The notes under the pieces: generated by a model
Told to the model about the DNA's origin: nothing
Databases searched by the model: none
What the model saw: only the letters and a program-made list of their open reading frames with translations
Position numbers and translations under genes: made by a program
Part shown: positions 1 through 8,830 of the stretch, piece after piece
How the letters are laid out: the number at the start of each line of letters is the position of its first letter
Position numbering within the stretch: position 1 is the first letter of the stretch
Virus record (IMG/VR): IMGVR_UViG_3300042542_005136
Origin: an uncultured virus (IMG/VR IMGVR_UViG_3300042542_005136)
Lineage: Duplodnaviria > Heunggongvirae > Uroviricota > Caudoviricetes
DNA length: 64,000 bases
Reading direction: 5' to 3' (one strand)

Positions 1-216
1 AATCATTTCTTGCTTGCCTTCCAAAGGCACCTTCACATAGGAGCCTTCAATGCGCTGCCTTCCTCGTTGCTCCACTTGACAATCCACCGTCCAAGAATGG
101 AAAAAGCAATTGACAATGGCGCCATCAGCCTCGAGCGCATCAATTAGTTCCCGCCATCGTCCTGCATGCTTCATAAAGCTACGCTTATGGCCAGAAAACA
201 ACAGGGCAATGTACAT
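1..216 (-). CDS. Hypothetical protein, runs off the window start; possible glycosyltransferase-like N-terminus
   Basis: Read manually: MYIALLFSGHKRSFMKHAGRW...VNCFFHSW, resembling the 'IALxFSGxxR...FxHSW' start of putative phage glycosyltransferases. Confidence 0.5.
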   Translation of the reverse strand, partial: MYIALLFSGHKRSFMKHAGRWRELIDALEADGAIVNCFFHSWTVDCQVEQRGRQRIEGSYVKVPLEGKQEMI

Positions 217-283
217 TGTGTGATTGTTAATTTTCTAGCTTTGTAGCCAATCCTACTCTCCCCCCATTGTTTCTTTTGATAGC

Positions 284-496
284 GTGGAAGGATTAAGCTT
301 TGGTGCCATGCTAGATGATCTGCCAATGCCTTTCATGGTCGGAGCGATTAAGCTTTGGCCCGTTCATAGCCGCCCCGGCTATCAATGGTTCATCGCTTAC
401 GGAGGTAAGCCGTATTATTTCCGTACAAAAAGCGAAGCGTTGCTTTTTGCTAGGGATCAGCAAAGTGGAAGTGATCCTGAAGGACTCTGCGACTGA
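284..496 (+). CDS. Hypothetical protein
   Basis: 70-aa ORF directly upstream of nrdA. Confidence 0.6.
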   Translation: MEGLSFGAMLDDLPMPFMVGAIKLWPVHSRPGYQWFIAYGGKPYYFRTKSEALLFARDQQSGSDPEGLCD

Positions 497-548
497 GCTA
501 CAGTAAGGAGTGTTCGTTCGGCCCGCGCAAAGCGGGCTTTGTTGTCTC

Positions 549-1979
549 ATGAAGCTCAAAGAAAGCGCAAAGTGCGAAAAGATTGCTCGAACTGGACGGG
601 TGGAAAACTGGTTAAATGATCCTGAGGGACGTTTGGCCGTGAGCTGCACGGTGTTCGTCGTAGAAGATTCAATGGAAGGGCCAGATGGTATTGAGCAATC
701 GTGGCGCTTTGTTTCCCATGGCCTTCGTAATGGCGCTGGCGTGGCAGTGCATCTTTCCAACTTGCGTCCCAAAGGCCAAGAAAATGGCAAAGGGCTTGTT
801 GCTAGTGGTCCACTCAGCTTTGGCAAAATCTATTCCACGCTCAATGAAATTCTGCGTCGTGGTGGCAAGTACAAAAATGGTGCTGTTGTTTTACATCTTG
901 ACTACGACCATCCCGATGCCATTGATTTGATCACTGCTCCGCGATCAGAATTTCCATGGGCAAAGCGCTGCATTGATGTGGATGAGCAATTTCTTGATAA
1001 ATCTTCGCCTGAATTCATCAAAGCATTATGCCAGGGCATTTCCAGCGGAGATATTTGGCTCAATAAGATTCGCTATAACGAAAGAGGAGAACGCTTGCGT
1101 GGAAATGTCTGCCTCGAGATTTATCTTCCTCATCGTGGCACTTGTCTTCTACAGCATGTCAATCTCGGCGCTTGTGGCATCAATGATGTAGAGCAAGCTT
1201 TCAAGGATGGCATGAAGCAACTGTGCGAGCTTCATCCTTCCACTGGCGTGGGCGACACTGGCGAATACCTTTCGCCTTCCATTGACAAGCAAGTGGGGCT
1301 TGGCATTCTTGGTTTAGCTAATTTCCTTTCCATTCATGACATCTCCTACGAAGACTTTGGCAAAGCTTTGGAAGCTTATCTTGATGAGGATCCTCATCCT
1401 TGGTGCCATCATTGGACTGATCAACGTGCTGGCGACGCCGTAGCCGCCATTCAATTGGGTTTGCTTGGTGCTGCGGACATTGCCAGGGAGCATGGCATGG
1501 AACGTGCCTTTACCATCGCCCCCACAGCTTCATGCTCTTATAGGTATTTGGACTCTAGAGGCTTTACGACTGCTCCTGAAATCGCTCCTCCCATTGACCA
1601 AATTATTGACCGTGATAGCGAGACGATGGGTGTGGAAAGATTTGAATACGGGCCAGTGGAGATTGCAGAGCAAGTGGGCTGGGAAGCATTTAAGAAAGTG
1701 GCTGATGGCATTGTTGAGCTGATGCGCCGCACTGGTCTTTTCCATGGCTATTCCATGAACTGGTGGTCTGATATGACCGTTTGTGATGAAGCTTTTCTTC
1801 GCGAATGGCTTGCCAGTCCTCAATCGTCTATTTACTATGCGCTGCAAGTGCAATCAGGCACACAAGCAAAGGACGATGTTGGAGTAGACTTGGGAGAGAG
1901 TCTGGCCGACTTCTTTAGCTTGGACGAGCCTGAGGCTTGTTCTTTGGAAGCTGGCTTCTGTAGCGCCTGCGCAGAGTGA
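549..1979 (+). CDS. nrdA: Ribonucleotide reductase alpha subunit, short cyanophage-type class I
   Basis: ARTGRVENW...VSCTVF, NVCLEIY (active-site N-x-C-x-E), TIAPTASCS, SIYY tyrosine pair, C-terminal CSAC; no ATP cone; beta subunit follows. Confidence 0.93.
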   Translation: MKLKESAKCEKIARTGRVENWLNDPEGRLAVSCTVFVVEDSMEGPDGIEQSWRFVSHGLRNGAGVAVHLSNLRPKGQENGKGLVASGPLSFGKIYSTLNEILRRGGKYKNGAVVLHLDYDHPDAIDLITAPRSEFPWAKRCIDVDEQFLDKSSPEFIKALCQGISSGDIWLNKIRYNERGERLRGNVCLEIYLPHRGTCLLQHVNLGACGINDVEQAFKDGMKQLCELHPSTGVGDTGEYLSPSIDKQVGLGILGLANFLSIHDISYEDFGKALEAYLDEDPHPWCHHWTDQRAGDAVAAIQLGLLGAADIAREHGMERAFTIAPTASCSYRYLDSRGFTTAPEIAPPIDQIIDRDSETMGVERFEYGPVEIAEQVGWEAFKKVADGIVELMRRTGLFHGYSMNWWSDMTVCDEAFLREWLASPQSSIYYALQVQSGTQAKDDVGVDLGESLADFFSLDEPEACSLEAGFCSACAE

Positions 1980-2056
1980 GCCACGTTTAAGACAATGGGG
2001 CAGCATTAGCTGCCCTTGTTTGTCGTCCTTTGTTTTTTACCATTGCTTCTTTTCAC

Positions 2057-2782
2057 ATGGCAGTTCTTGATTATTTTTCTGCAGTTGCCCGCAAGCGTCC
2101 TTGGCAAGCAGTGCCTGTTACTAAAGGTGATTTTGTGGAAGGCTCTGAGGAAACGATTTTCCGCGCCCTTGCCATTCGTCACCTTGAACTGCCTGTGAAG
2201 GACATGCTTCTTGAGGGCCTAGAGCGGGAACTTCCTAATAGCCCCGGCCTTATTGAATCCATTCATAGCAATATGGCCGACGAAGAGCGTCATGACGAAG
2301 CTCTCAATTACGTTGCTGCTGCCCATGGCACAAATGAGCAATCGGAAAAAGAAGCTTTTCGGATTCGCCAAGCATGGATCGACCATCCAGCCCATCCAAT
2401 TCTCAAGGTGGCAACAATTGAACGCAGTTTGTTTTTTACAATTTTGCCGTTCTTTCGTTTCAATGGCGACAAAGGGTTGAGGACTGTTGCTAGTGACATT
2501 TCTCGCGATGAAATATGCCACTCATTTTGCAATACCAAGATTGCGGAGGAGTCCGGGGAGGAATACAGCAGCAGTCTGAACAAGCTCAGAAAAATGACGG
2601 CGCTGTGGATTTACGATAAGCTTGATTCTTCGTCCAACAAATACTTAGACAAAGATTTTTGGCTTCGCCAAAGTGATAGCCTTTTTCTCAGCGGTAAAGC
2701 CCCAGAATTACAAGAAACTCGTGCCAGTACAGTGCCAGCGTTTTTTGAAACGAATGCGCTGAACTTACCGTCCTATGGTTGA
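2057..2782 (+). CDS. nrdB: Ribonucleotide reductase beta subunit (ferritin-like)
   Basis: Two ExxH dimetal motifs (DEERH, DEICH) plus LELPV and IERSLFF helices; adjacent to nrdA. Confidence 0.88.
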   Translation: MAVLDYFSAVARKRPWQAVPVTKGDFVEGSEETIFRALAIRHLELPVKDMLLEGLERELPNSPGLIESIHSNMADEERHDEALNYVAAAHGTNEQSEKEAFRIRQAWIDHPAHPILKVATIERSLFFTILPFFRFNGDKGLRTVASDISRDEICHSFCNTKIAEESGEEYSSSLNKLRKMTALWIYDKLDSSSNKYLDKDFWLRQSDSLFLSGKAPELQETRASTVPAFFETNALNLPSYG

Positions 2783-2819
2783 GTGGGCTTTTCCGACTTA
2801 TCTGCTCTACAGTAGTCTG

Positions 2820-3149
2820 TGACAGAGGCCAAGCCCCTGTTTGAGCCGCTTGCGGCTGTTCACGCTTGGCCCATCTCTTGCTATGCTGATGCAACGGTCT
2901 AAGCCTGGCACTTGTCAGGGGCGGACCGTTCTTTTCCCTCCATTGCTCTGTCGATGGAGAGCAGCCAAGCCTTCTAACGTTTGGTTTGCGTTCGAAGTCC
3001 TGCCTCGGCAGGCCAGGGGAGTTGATCGCCTCCTGCAGCCCCCCTAAGCCTCTTAACAATGCTCAAACCTGGGGGTCACTTGCGCTTAAGTGTTGGCACA
3101 CGCTAGGCAGATAGCCTAGAGTCCTGGAGTTCGATTCCCAGAAGCGCCC
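2820..3149 (+). ncRNA. Candidate structured non-coding RNA (multi-hairpin, ends in a tRNA-like domain)
   Basis: -10-like TACAGT at 2808-2813; consecutive stems GCCAAGC/GCTTGGC, AGCCG-CTTG-CGGCT, AACGGTC/GACCGTT, CTCCATT/GATGGAG, AGCCAAGC/GTTTGGTT, CCTGC-CTCG-GCAGG; no credible ORF. Confidence 0.55.
3081..3149 (+). tRNA. tRNA-like element (atypical; nominal anticodon GAT, Ile)
   Basis: Acceptor GCGCTT/AAGCGC, D arm GTGT-tggc-ACAC, anticodon arm CTAGG-cagatag-CCTAG, T loop TTCGATT; lacks U8, U33 and a normal D loop, and the T stem is bulged. Confidence 0.45.
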
Positions 3150-3150
3150 T

Positions 3151-3345
3151 ATGGCTCGTTTTCGCATTGTTAGGCGTTCATCCTTTGTACAAGCAGGAGT
3201 GCCCATATACGATGTGGAAGAGCGATGCTGGCTCTGGTGGGAGCCCAGGGGGACATTTACCACCGTCGACGAAGCAGAGCGTCGCGTTCATAGCCTGATA
3301 GAGGCAACTCCCATTTCAAGAATGGTGATCAAGGAGTACGACTGA
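3151..3345 (+). CDS. Hypothetical protein
   Basis: 64-aa ORF; stop overlaps the next start (TGATG). Confidence 0.65.
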   Translation: MARFRIVRRSSFVQAGVPIYDVEERCWLWWEPRGTFTTVDEAERRVHSLIEATPISRMVIKEYD

Positions 3346-3905
3346 TGAGCGCCTTCGTCATTGGAGATAGCCACTGGGGACACGCCAAAAGCTTGTCTTT
3401 TATCCAGCCCGATGGTTCCCCATTGCGTCCTTTTTCTTCGTGCGAAGAAATGGATGAGACAATGGTGGAGCGGTGGAATGCAGTGGTCAAGGATAAAGAC
3501 ACTGTTTACCATCTTGGCGACGTAGCGATTCCGCGTAGTGGGCTAAAAAACTTAGCCAGATGCAATGGGAGAAAGATTCTCATTCGCGGCAACCACGACA
3601 CGTTCAAGCTCAAAGACTACGCCGAGTATTTTGAAGACATTCGCGGGGCCATGTTTCACCATGCAGGTAAGGCATTGCCAGGTGGTCTTATTTTCACGCA
3701 CATTCCAGTGCATCCCGACAATCTTCGTGGGCACTATCTAGGTAATGTTCACGGACACCTTCACTGCCATCTAGTGATAAAAGATGGGCAAGTTGATCAA
3801 CGATTTTTCAATGCCTGCGTTGAGAGGAACGATTTCACTCCTGTAGCATTGGATTTGATCGTCGATCACTTCCGCACCAATGTCCGAGGAGCGGCGAACT
3901 TTTAA
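3345..3905 (+). CDS. Calcineurin-like metallophosphoesterase
   Basis: GDSHWGH, HLGDV, GNHD, THIP and HGHLH motifs. Confidence 0.9.
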   Translation: MSAFVIGDSHWGHAKSLSFIQPDGSPLRPFSSCEEMDETMVERWNAVVKDKDTVYHLGDVAIPRSGLKNLARCNGRKILIRGNHDTFKLKDYAEYFEDIRGAMFHHAGKALPGGLIFTHIPVHPDNLRGHYLGNVHGHLHCHLVIKDGQVDQRFFNACVERNDFTPVALDLIVDHFRTNVRGAANF

Positions 3906-4080
3906 CACGCCGTTGCGTGAGCCTCTCAATCCCATTATCCATCGTCTTCTTCAAGCCATTGATTGGCACAATTCCCGCTATTTCGAGGATCACGATCCTT
4001 GGCACTTGGAAAAAGCGGAAAGCTTGCGAAGCTATGTGAGAGACCTAAAAAACTGGGTGAAGAAAAAAGAAGAAGGGTGA
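3880..4080 (+). CDS. Hypothetical protein
   Basis: 66-aa ORF (FNTPLREPLNPIIH...) overlapping the upstream gene end. Confidence 0.65.
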   Translation: MSEERRTFNTPLREPLNPIIHRLLQAIDWHNSRYFEDHDPWHLEKAESLRSYVRDLKNWVKKKEEG

Positions 4081-4381
4081 GGCAGAGTTTTCCCGCATTA
4101 GGGAATCAATGGGTGCGGCCCACGCTCTGCCTTGTTGTGAGTGCTTCAACTCACTCACGGAATCCCCAAAGCCAACAGTGACGAGGATGTTGGAGCGGGG
4201 AGAGACTGAGCCCTCCCCTGGTATGAATACCACTAGGCGCCTAGTGGGCTCCTGCAGGAAGCTTGAAAAGCTTAGCAGACTTCCGTCCAATACACGGCGG
4301 CTCCCTCTAGGAACAATCGCTTATTGACATGACGGGCCTCGTGGAATGGCACTTCCCATATTTCCCGCTGTCCATTACGAG
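4080..4381. ncRNA. Candidate structured non-coding RNA between convergent genes
   Basis: Nested stems AGGCAGAGT/GCTCTGCCT (enclosing two hairpins), GTGAGTG/CACTCAC, CCAACA/TGTTGG, GAGCCC/GGGCTC, CACTAGG/CCTAGTG, CTCGT/ACGAG. Confidence 0.45.
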
Positions 4382-4399
4382 AAAAAAATAGGCGCACCA

Positions 4400-4573
4400 T
4401 TAGCCTTGAGCTTCGGTGAGTTCGATGTATTCGGCTCGCCATTGATGGAATGCTGCCCTTGCAAGGCGCACTTCCTCGCTATTGGGGCCATATAGCCTTC
4501 CGCTGGCTTCAACGGCCCTGGCGGCTTCCACAGCAAGCTCCCAGGCTTCTTCGGCAGCAGGGTGAAGGGCCAT
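4400..4573 (-). CDS. Hypothetical protein (57 aa, not in ORF track)
   Basis: MALHPAAEEAWELAVEAARAVEASGRLYGPNSEEVRLARAAFHQWRAEYIELTEAQG, co-oriented with terL. Confidence 0.6.
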   Translation of the reverse strand: MALHPAAEEAWELAVEAARAVEASGRLYGPNSEEVRLARAAFHQWRAEYIELTEAQG

Positions 4574-4598
4574 GGAAGGCAGGCATGGTTTCTTTAGT

Positions 4599-4775
4599 CT
4601 ATCCCTGCAAATTCTGCATTGTTTTTACCACTTTTTCTGCATTGCGCAGTTTCGGCAACAACGTGGGCTTGTAGGCATGTTCAGCCGCCAAGAGCTGCAG
4701 CGCTGTTTGCCTGTCCGCTTCAAGAAGAGCAAGAATAAAGGTTAGTTCTTTGTCCGTAAGTTCAACGCCAATCAT
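4599..4775 (-). CDS. Hypothetical protein (58 aa, not in ORF track)
   Basis: MIGVELTDKELTFILALLEADRQTALQLL..., directly downstream of terL. Confidence 0.6.
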   Translation of the reverse strand: MIGVELTDKELTFILALLEADRQTALQLLAAEHAYKPTLLPKLRNAEKVVKTMQNLQG

Positions 4776-4819
4776 TTTACAAAAATGCTGAAAAGTCTGA
4801 TTGGTGAAAATTCTAAGCG

Positions 4820-6193
4820 CTATCTAGTAAGGCTCCTTATCCAATCAATGTTGTCATCTTTTGACGCATCTAATACTGCCGCCGCAAGAGCAAAGCAATA
4901 GTCGTCCACGCCTGAGTCTTTGCCGCCAGTTACTGCCCATTGGCCGCTTGCTCGATACAACACGCTCAAATTTTTAAGCTGCCAGATGAGCTTTTTGTGC
5001 GGATACAGTTCAATTAGTCCAGCATTGAACAGTTCGCGCAGCTTGCTGAAGGCTTTCATCTTGGTGCTGACTGACCATGAAAGTTCAGTAATGGGAAAAT
5101 CTTTGGAGAGGTCTTGAATGATGGCAGAGCTATTGAACTGGTCAAGCGTGATGCTCTGAAATTCATAAAGGCGATGGTGCTCCTTAATCCATTCTTCCAC
5201 TTTTGCAATGCTCACTTCCTTTTTGCCACCAATCTCAAAATCAGCGTCGAAAGTATGGAGCTTGTCCACGACAAGGCGTTCGCCTTCGTAGTGAATAATG
5301 CAAGCAATGTATTCGTCTCGGCCTACGCCACCACGAGCAGGGTCAAGAGAAAGGAAATAGGTGCCAGCGAGTTCACGCTTAGGGGGCAGCACTGATCTGT
5401 CTTTGTTCACCGCCACATCTACCACTTCAGGAGCCAGCAGCACAGAGTTGCTACGCCTGAACTGGGCGCCATATTCCACCCAAAAGCTTTCTTCGTCTTT
5501 CTTGAGAGCGTTTTGCAGGAAGGGGCAATCAAAAGGCAGATTAGGGTTGATGTCCCATGTGGGAATCTGCAATGCTTGCATGCCAGGGTATTCACCACTT
5601 TCTGCTTGTTTGAAATGCTCGTAGAACAAGCCACTGGTTAGCCATGGAGACGACAGTTCAATAATCTTGCCGTGCTTACCGAACTGAGCAATAGAGGGGG
5701 ACAGTGCTGTGTACATGGCTTCTGCGCCACGGTTTGCATCGCCGTCAATACTGAAAGCAAGTTCGTCCATGACCACAGCCACGACAGCTTTCCCTCGAGA
5801 TGCTCGAGCTGAGGCGGGAATAGCTTGGAATACACAGCCATTGCTCAGTTCAATCTCCAAGGATGTTTCCCTTGTGATTTCTTGCTCTAGCGGGCTGTTG
5901 ATAATGAGCTGACGAATGTTGTCAAGAGCAATCTTGGATTGGCCCAAATCGTTAGCAACCGTCACCACATACCACTTCTCTCCTTTGCGAACCCTCCGGC
6001 GGAAGTGCTCATCTTGACAAAAGGCCATGTAGGCAGCAGCCACTGAGGCCATGAAGGTCTTGCCACTCCTTCTTCCCATTGACCAAATGGCATGGTTGAC
6101 ATTCTCTTCAAACAGATTGTTGAGAATTCTTTGCTGCCTCGGCCACAGGGGCGTCTTGAGGACTAGCTCTGCAAACTCACTACACTTCAGCAC
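4820..6193 (-). CDS. terL: Terminase large subunit
   Basis: LWPRQ adenine-binding motif, Walker A GRRSGKT, Walker B VVMDE, coupling motif SSP, nuclease LSLDPA and DDYCFALA. Confidence 0.93.
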   Translation of the reverse strand: MLKCSEFAELVLKTPLWPRQQRILNNLFEENVNHAIWSMGRRSGKTFMASVAAAYMAFCQDEHFRRRVRKGEKWYVVTVANDLGQSKIALDNIRQLIINSPLEQEITRETSLEIELSNGCVFQAIPASARASRGKAVVAVVMDELAFSIDGDANRGAEAMYTALSPSIAQFGKHGKIIELSSPWLTSGLFYEHFKQAESGEYPGMQALQIPTWDINPNLPFDCPFLQNALKKDEESFWVEYGAQFRRSNSVLLAPEVVDVAVNKDRSVLPPKRELAGTYFLSLDPARGGVGRDEYIACIIHYEGERLVVDKLHTFDADFEIGGKKEVSIAKVEEWIKEHHRLYEFQSITLDQFNSSAIIQDLSKDFPITELSWSVSTKMKAFSKLRELFNAGLIELYPHKKLIWQLKNLSVLYRASGQWAVTGGKDSGVDDYCFALAAAVLDASKDDNIDWIRSLTR

Positions 6194-6689
6194 GATATTT
6201 AACCACAGCCAGTTCTTCCATGTTATGCAACAATTCCTTTGGAAAGAAATAAGCTGGTCTGTTGCGAGCCGGATCTGCCCAATACTGTTCGTCCATCGCT
6301 TCCTTTCCCCAGCACCATCCGTGGATGAGAGTGCGATGGTTTTCGATGGTCACCAAGACAAATTTCTTATGCGGATCTTCATTGCGTTGCACGATAAGGT
6401 CGTAAGAATGTTTCGACCGGGTTTTGATGTCCATGCCGGGCAGGTCATCTGAGCCCCGCTTGGCTTCGCTTTCTTTATAGAGCAAATGCTTGAGCCCTAA
6501 GTAGGAACCCACGGCCATTTCGCCCGCTGCGCCAAGCAAGTGGATTTCCAAGGCTTTGTCGCCACGAGCGGCGCCACGATTGCGACCACGAAGCCCTTTT
6601 GCTTCATTCACGGACTGCCTCCGCTTTCCTTCCTCCATTGCCTGCTTTCGTTCCTCTTCGGAAAAGACAAATTCAATGGGAGTGGGCAT
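6180..6689 (-). CDS. Hypothetical protein, possible PD-(D/E)XK nuclease fold
   Basis: GAAGEMAV...DLPGMDIKT pattern (E...D...DxK). Confidence 0.55.
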   Translation of the reverse strand: MPTPIEFVFSEEERKQAMEEGKRRQSVNEAKGLRGRNRGAARGDKALEIHLLGAAGEMAVGSYLGLKHLLYKESEAKRGSDDLPGMDIKTRSKHSYDLIVQRNEDPHKKFVLVTIENHRTLIHGWCWGKEAMDEQYWADPARNRPAYFFPKELLHNMEELAVVKYRAEV

Positions 6690-6754
6690 AACAAGACGCA
6701 CGTCATGGCCATCATACACATCTTTAGAATGGAAGCAAGCCCATAATGTGAACA

Positions 6755-8830
6755 ATGTCGGAAGAAGCAGTAGATCTTGGCCATGCGAACGAAGCTGGTC
6801 TGCGAGCGGACGGCCTTGCCAATGCGCTCACGGGCATGGGCATCAAAGGCCGTGACAAAAGCCTGCAGACCACTGCCCAGCCCATCGTCTTCCTGGCTCA
6901 AGAAGAGCTGGAAGCTCTGTACGGCGAATGGCTTCCACGCCGCATTGTAGACATTTATGCCGAGCAGGCCACCCGCAAAGGCTTCAAGGTGCTGTTTGGC
7001 GGCGAGGGTGCCGCTGCCGAGGAGGTGGTGGGCATTGAACAAACTATCGAGGATCTGCACATCCTCGAGAATTTCATGCTGGCTTCCAAGAATGCTCGGC
7101 TCTATGGGGGGTCCGTCATCCTGCTCTACATCGACGATGGGCGTCCAGCGGATCAGCCAGTAGACAAGAGCCGCATTTATGCCGTTGAAGGCATGGAAGT
7201 GCTTGACCGTTGGCAAATTGCACCAGTGATTAACGAAGAAAATCTATACGACTACTCCAAGGCAACATATTATCAAATCATCTCAGGCGACCTCATTCGC
7301 CAGCCACAACTCACCTACATCCATAAAGATAGGATTTTGCGTTTTGACGGTGACTGGCTTCCCTATCGCATTAGGCAAAGGAACTATGGATGGGGGATGA
7401 GTAGTTTGCAAACTGTCTACGAAAGCTTTAAGCACTACTGGACTGGCCTAAATGCTTCGGCCACGTTGTTGTGCGAGTTTGATATTTTTGTTCACAAGAT
7501 TAAGGGCTTGGCGCAAATGCTGGCCGCTGGAAAAGAAAAAGATGTGCGTGATCGTCTGGTGCTAAATGATATGAGCAAGAGCGTTTATCGCGGCTACGCC
7601 ATTGATGCAGAGAAAGAAGAGCTTGCTTTTATCAGCAGAAACTTTGGAGGCGTGGGAGAAATCCTTGAAAAGATGCGCGTGGACATCATTGGAGCCTCCA
7701 AGATTCCTCACACAGTGTTGTTTGGGGAAAGCCCAAGCGGCCTTGGCTCTACTGGCAGAAGCGAAGAGCGCGATTTTGCCAAGACGCTTGCAGACTACCA
7801 GCAATCCACTTTCCATCGCCCTCTCAAGAAGCTGATGGAGCTAATCATGCTCAGCCGCACTGGTCCCACAAATGGACGCATGCCTGAGTCATGGCGTGTC
7901 AAGTTCAACGATTTGTTCGAGCTGAATGAACGCGAAAAGGCAGACGTGAGAGCCCGTGTAGCAGCCGTTGACGGGCGTTACATCCAACTGGGAGTGCTGA
8001 GTCCCAAGGAGGTGGCTGACGCCCGTTACGGTGGCACTGACTGGTCAATGGAACTCACTCTCGATCCGTCCGTTGTGCGGGAACTTCCCACTCAACTTGG
8101 GGGTGGTTCCACTCAAGAAAGGGGTGAGATGAAGGTGCCCCCAGGTGGTCGCGATCCCCTTGACGAGGCCAATGGCACTCTTCCCATGGACGGAAGTCGA
8201 GAAGTGGAAGATGCTGCCGGCTTGTACTTGCCTCGTGATCTTGAGCATCGACGCGGAGATGTTACTTTTACCGACAAAGATCTGCACAGTCGAGCCGTGG
8301 CAGCGGCTAAAAGCAAATTCAAAGTGTGGCCATCAGCTTATGCCAGTGGCTATGTGGTGCAGCAGTACAAGCGCATGTACAAAGAAAAGCACGGTTCAAT
8401 GAGCGGCGCTTTCAAGAGCGATGGTCAAGAAATTTATGCCGATGATCTTGATAAGTGGTTCAAGGAGAAATGGGTGAGAATTGGGGCCAATGGCGAAATC
8501 ATGGGACCATGCGGTGCTCGTGAAGAGAAAGAAGGAAAGCCCAAGTGCCTCCCTGAGGCGAAGGCTCAAGCCATGAGCAAAGAAGAGCGTCAAACCATTG
8601 TTGCTCGCAAGCGCAAAGCTGATCCCGATCCAGAGCGCAAAGGGCCGGCGAAGATGGTCAGCAGCAAAGTCGATGCCATTGAGCCCATGAAAGTAGAAGG
8701 CATGATCCTCGGCAACATTGACGAGGAAGCTTTTATTACGGAGGCTGACATTGACAAGGCTTTGAGTGAATGGAAGGAGGAGGCTCCTGTCAAGTTCAAG
8801 GAAATCCTGGAAGCCGACAATGCTGAATGA
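6755..8830 (+). CDS. Portal protein (DUF1073-type) with C-terminal accessory domains
   Basis: RRIVDIYAEQATRKG, ARLYGGS, IPHTVLFGESPSGL and WRVKFNDLF motifs; start of the head module. Confidence 0.88.
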   Translation: MSEEAVDLGHANEAGLRADGLANALTGMGIKGRDKSLQTTAQPIVFLAQEELEALYGEWLPRRIVDIYAEQATRKGFKVLFGGEGAAAEEVVGIEQTIEDLHILENFMLASKNARLYGGSVILLYIDDGRPADQPVDKSRIYAVEGMEVLDRWQIAPVINEENLYDYSKATYYQIISGDLIRQPQLTYIHKDRILRFDGDWLPYRIRQRNYGWGMSSLQTVYESFKHYWTGLNASATLLCEFDIFVHKIKGLAQMLAAGKEKDVRDRLVLNDMSKSVYRGYAIDAEKEELAFISRNFGGVGEILEKMRVDIIGASKIPHTVLFGESPSGLGSTGRSEERDFAKTLADYQQSTFHRPLKKLMELIMLSRTGPTNGRMPESWRVKFNDLFELNEREKADVRARVAAVDGRYIQLGVLSPKEVADARYGGTDWSMELTLDPSVVRELPTQLGGGSTQERGEMKVPPGGRDPLDEANGTLPMDGSREVEDAAGLYLPRDLEHRRGDVTFTDKDLHSRAVAAAKSKFKVWPSAYASGYVVQQYKRMYKEKHGSMSGAFKSDGQEIYADDLDKWFKEKWVRIGANGEIMGPCGAREEKEGKPKCLPEAKAQAMSKEERQTIVARKRKADPDPERKGPAKMVSSKVDAIEPMKVEGMILGNIDEEAFITEADIDKALSEWKEEAPVKFKEILEADNAE

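Noticed and set aside
549..1979. Class II (B12-dependent) nrdJ
   Set aside because: The adjacent ferritin-like beta subunit and the YY pair indicate class I.
2820..3149. tmRNA
   Set aside because: No alanine-type acceptor ends (GGGG...CCACCA, G3-U70) and no tag reading frame recognised.
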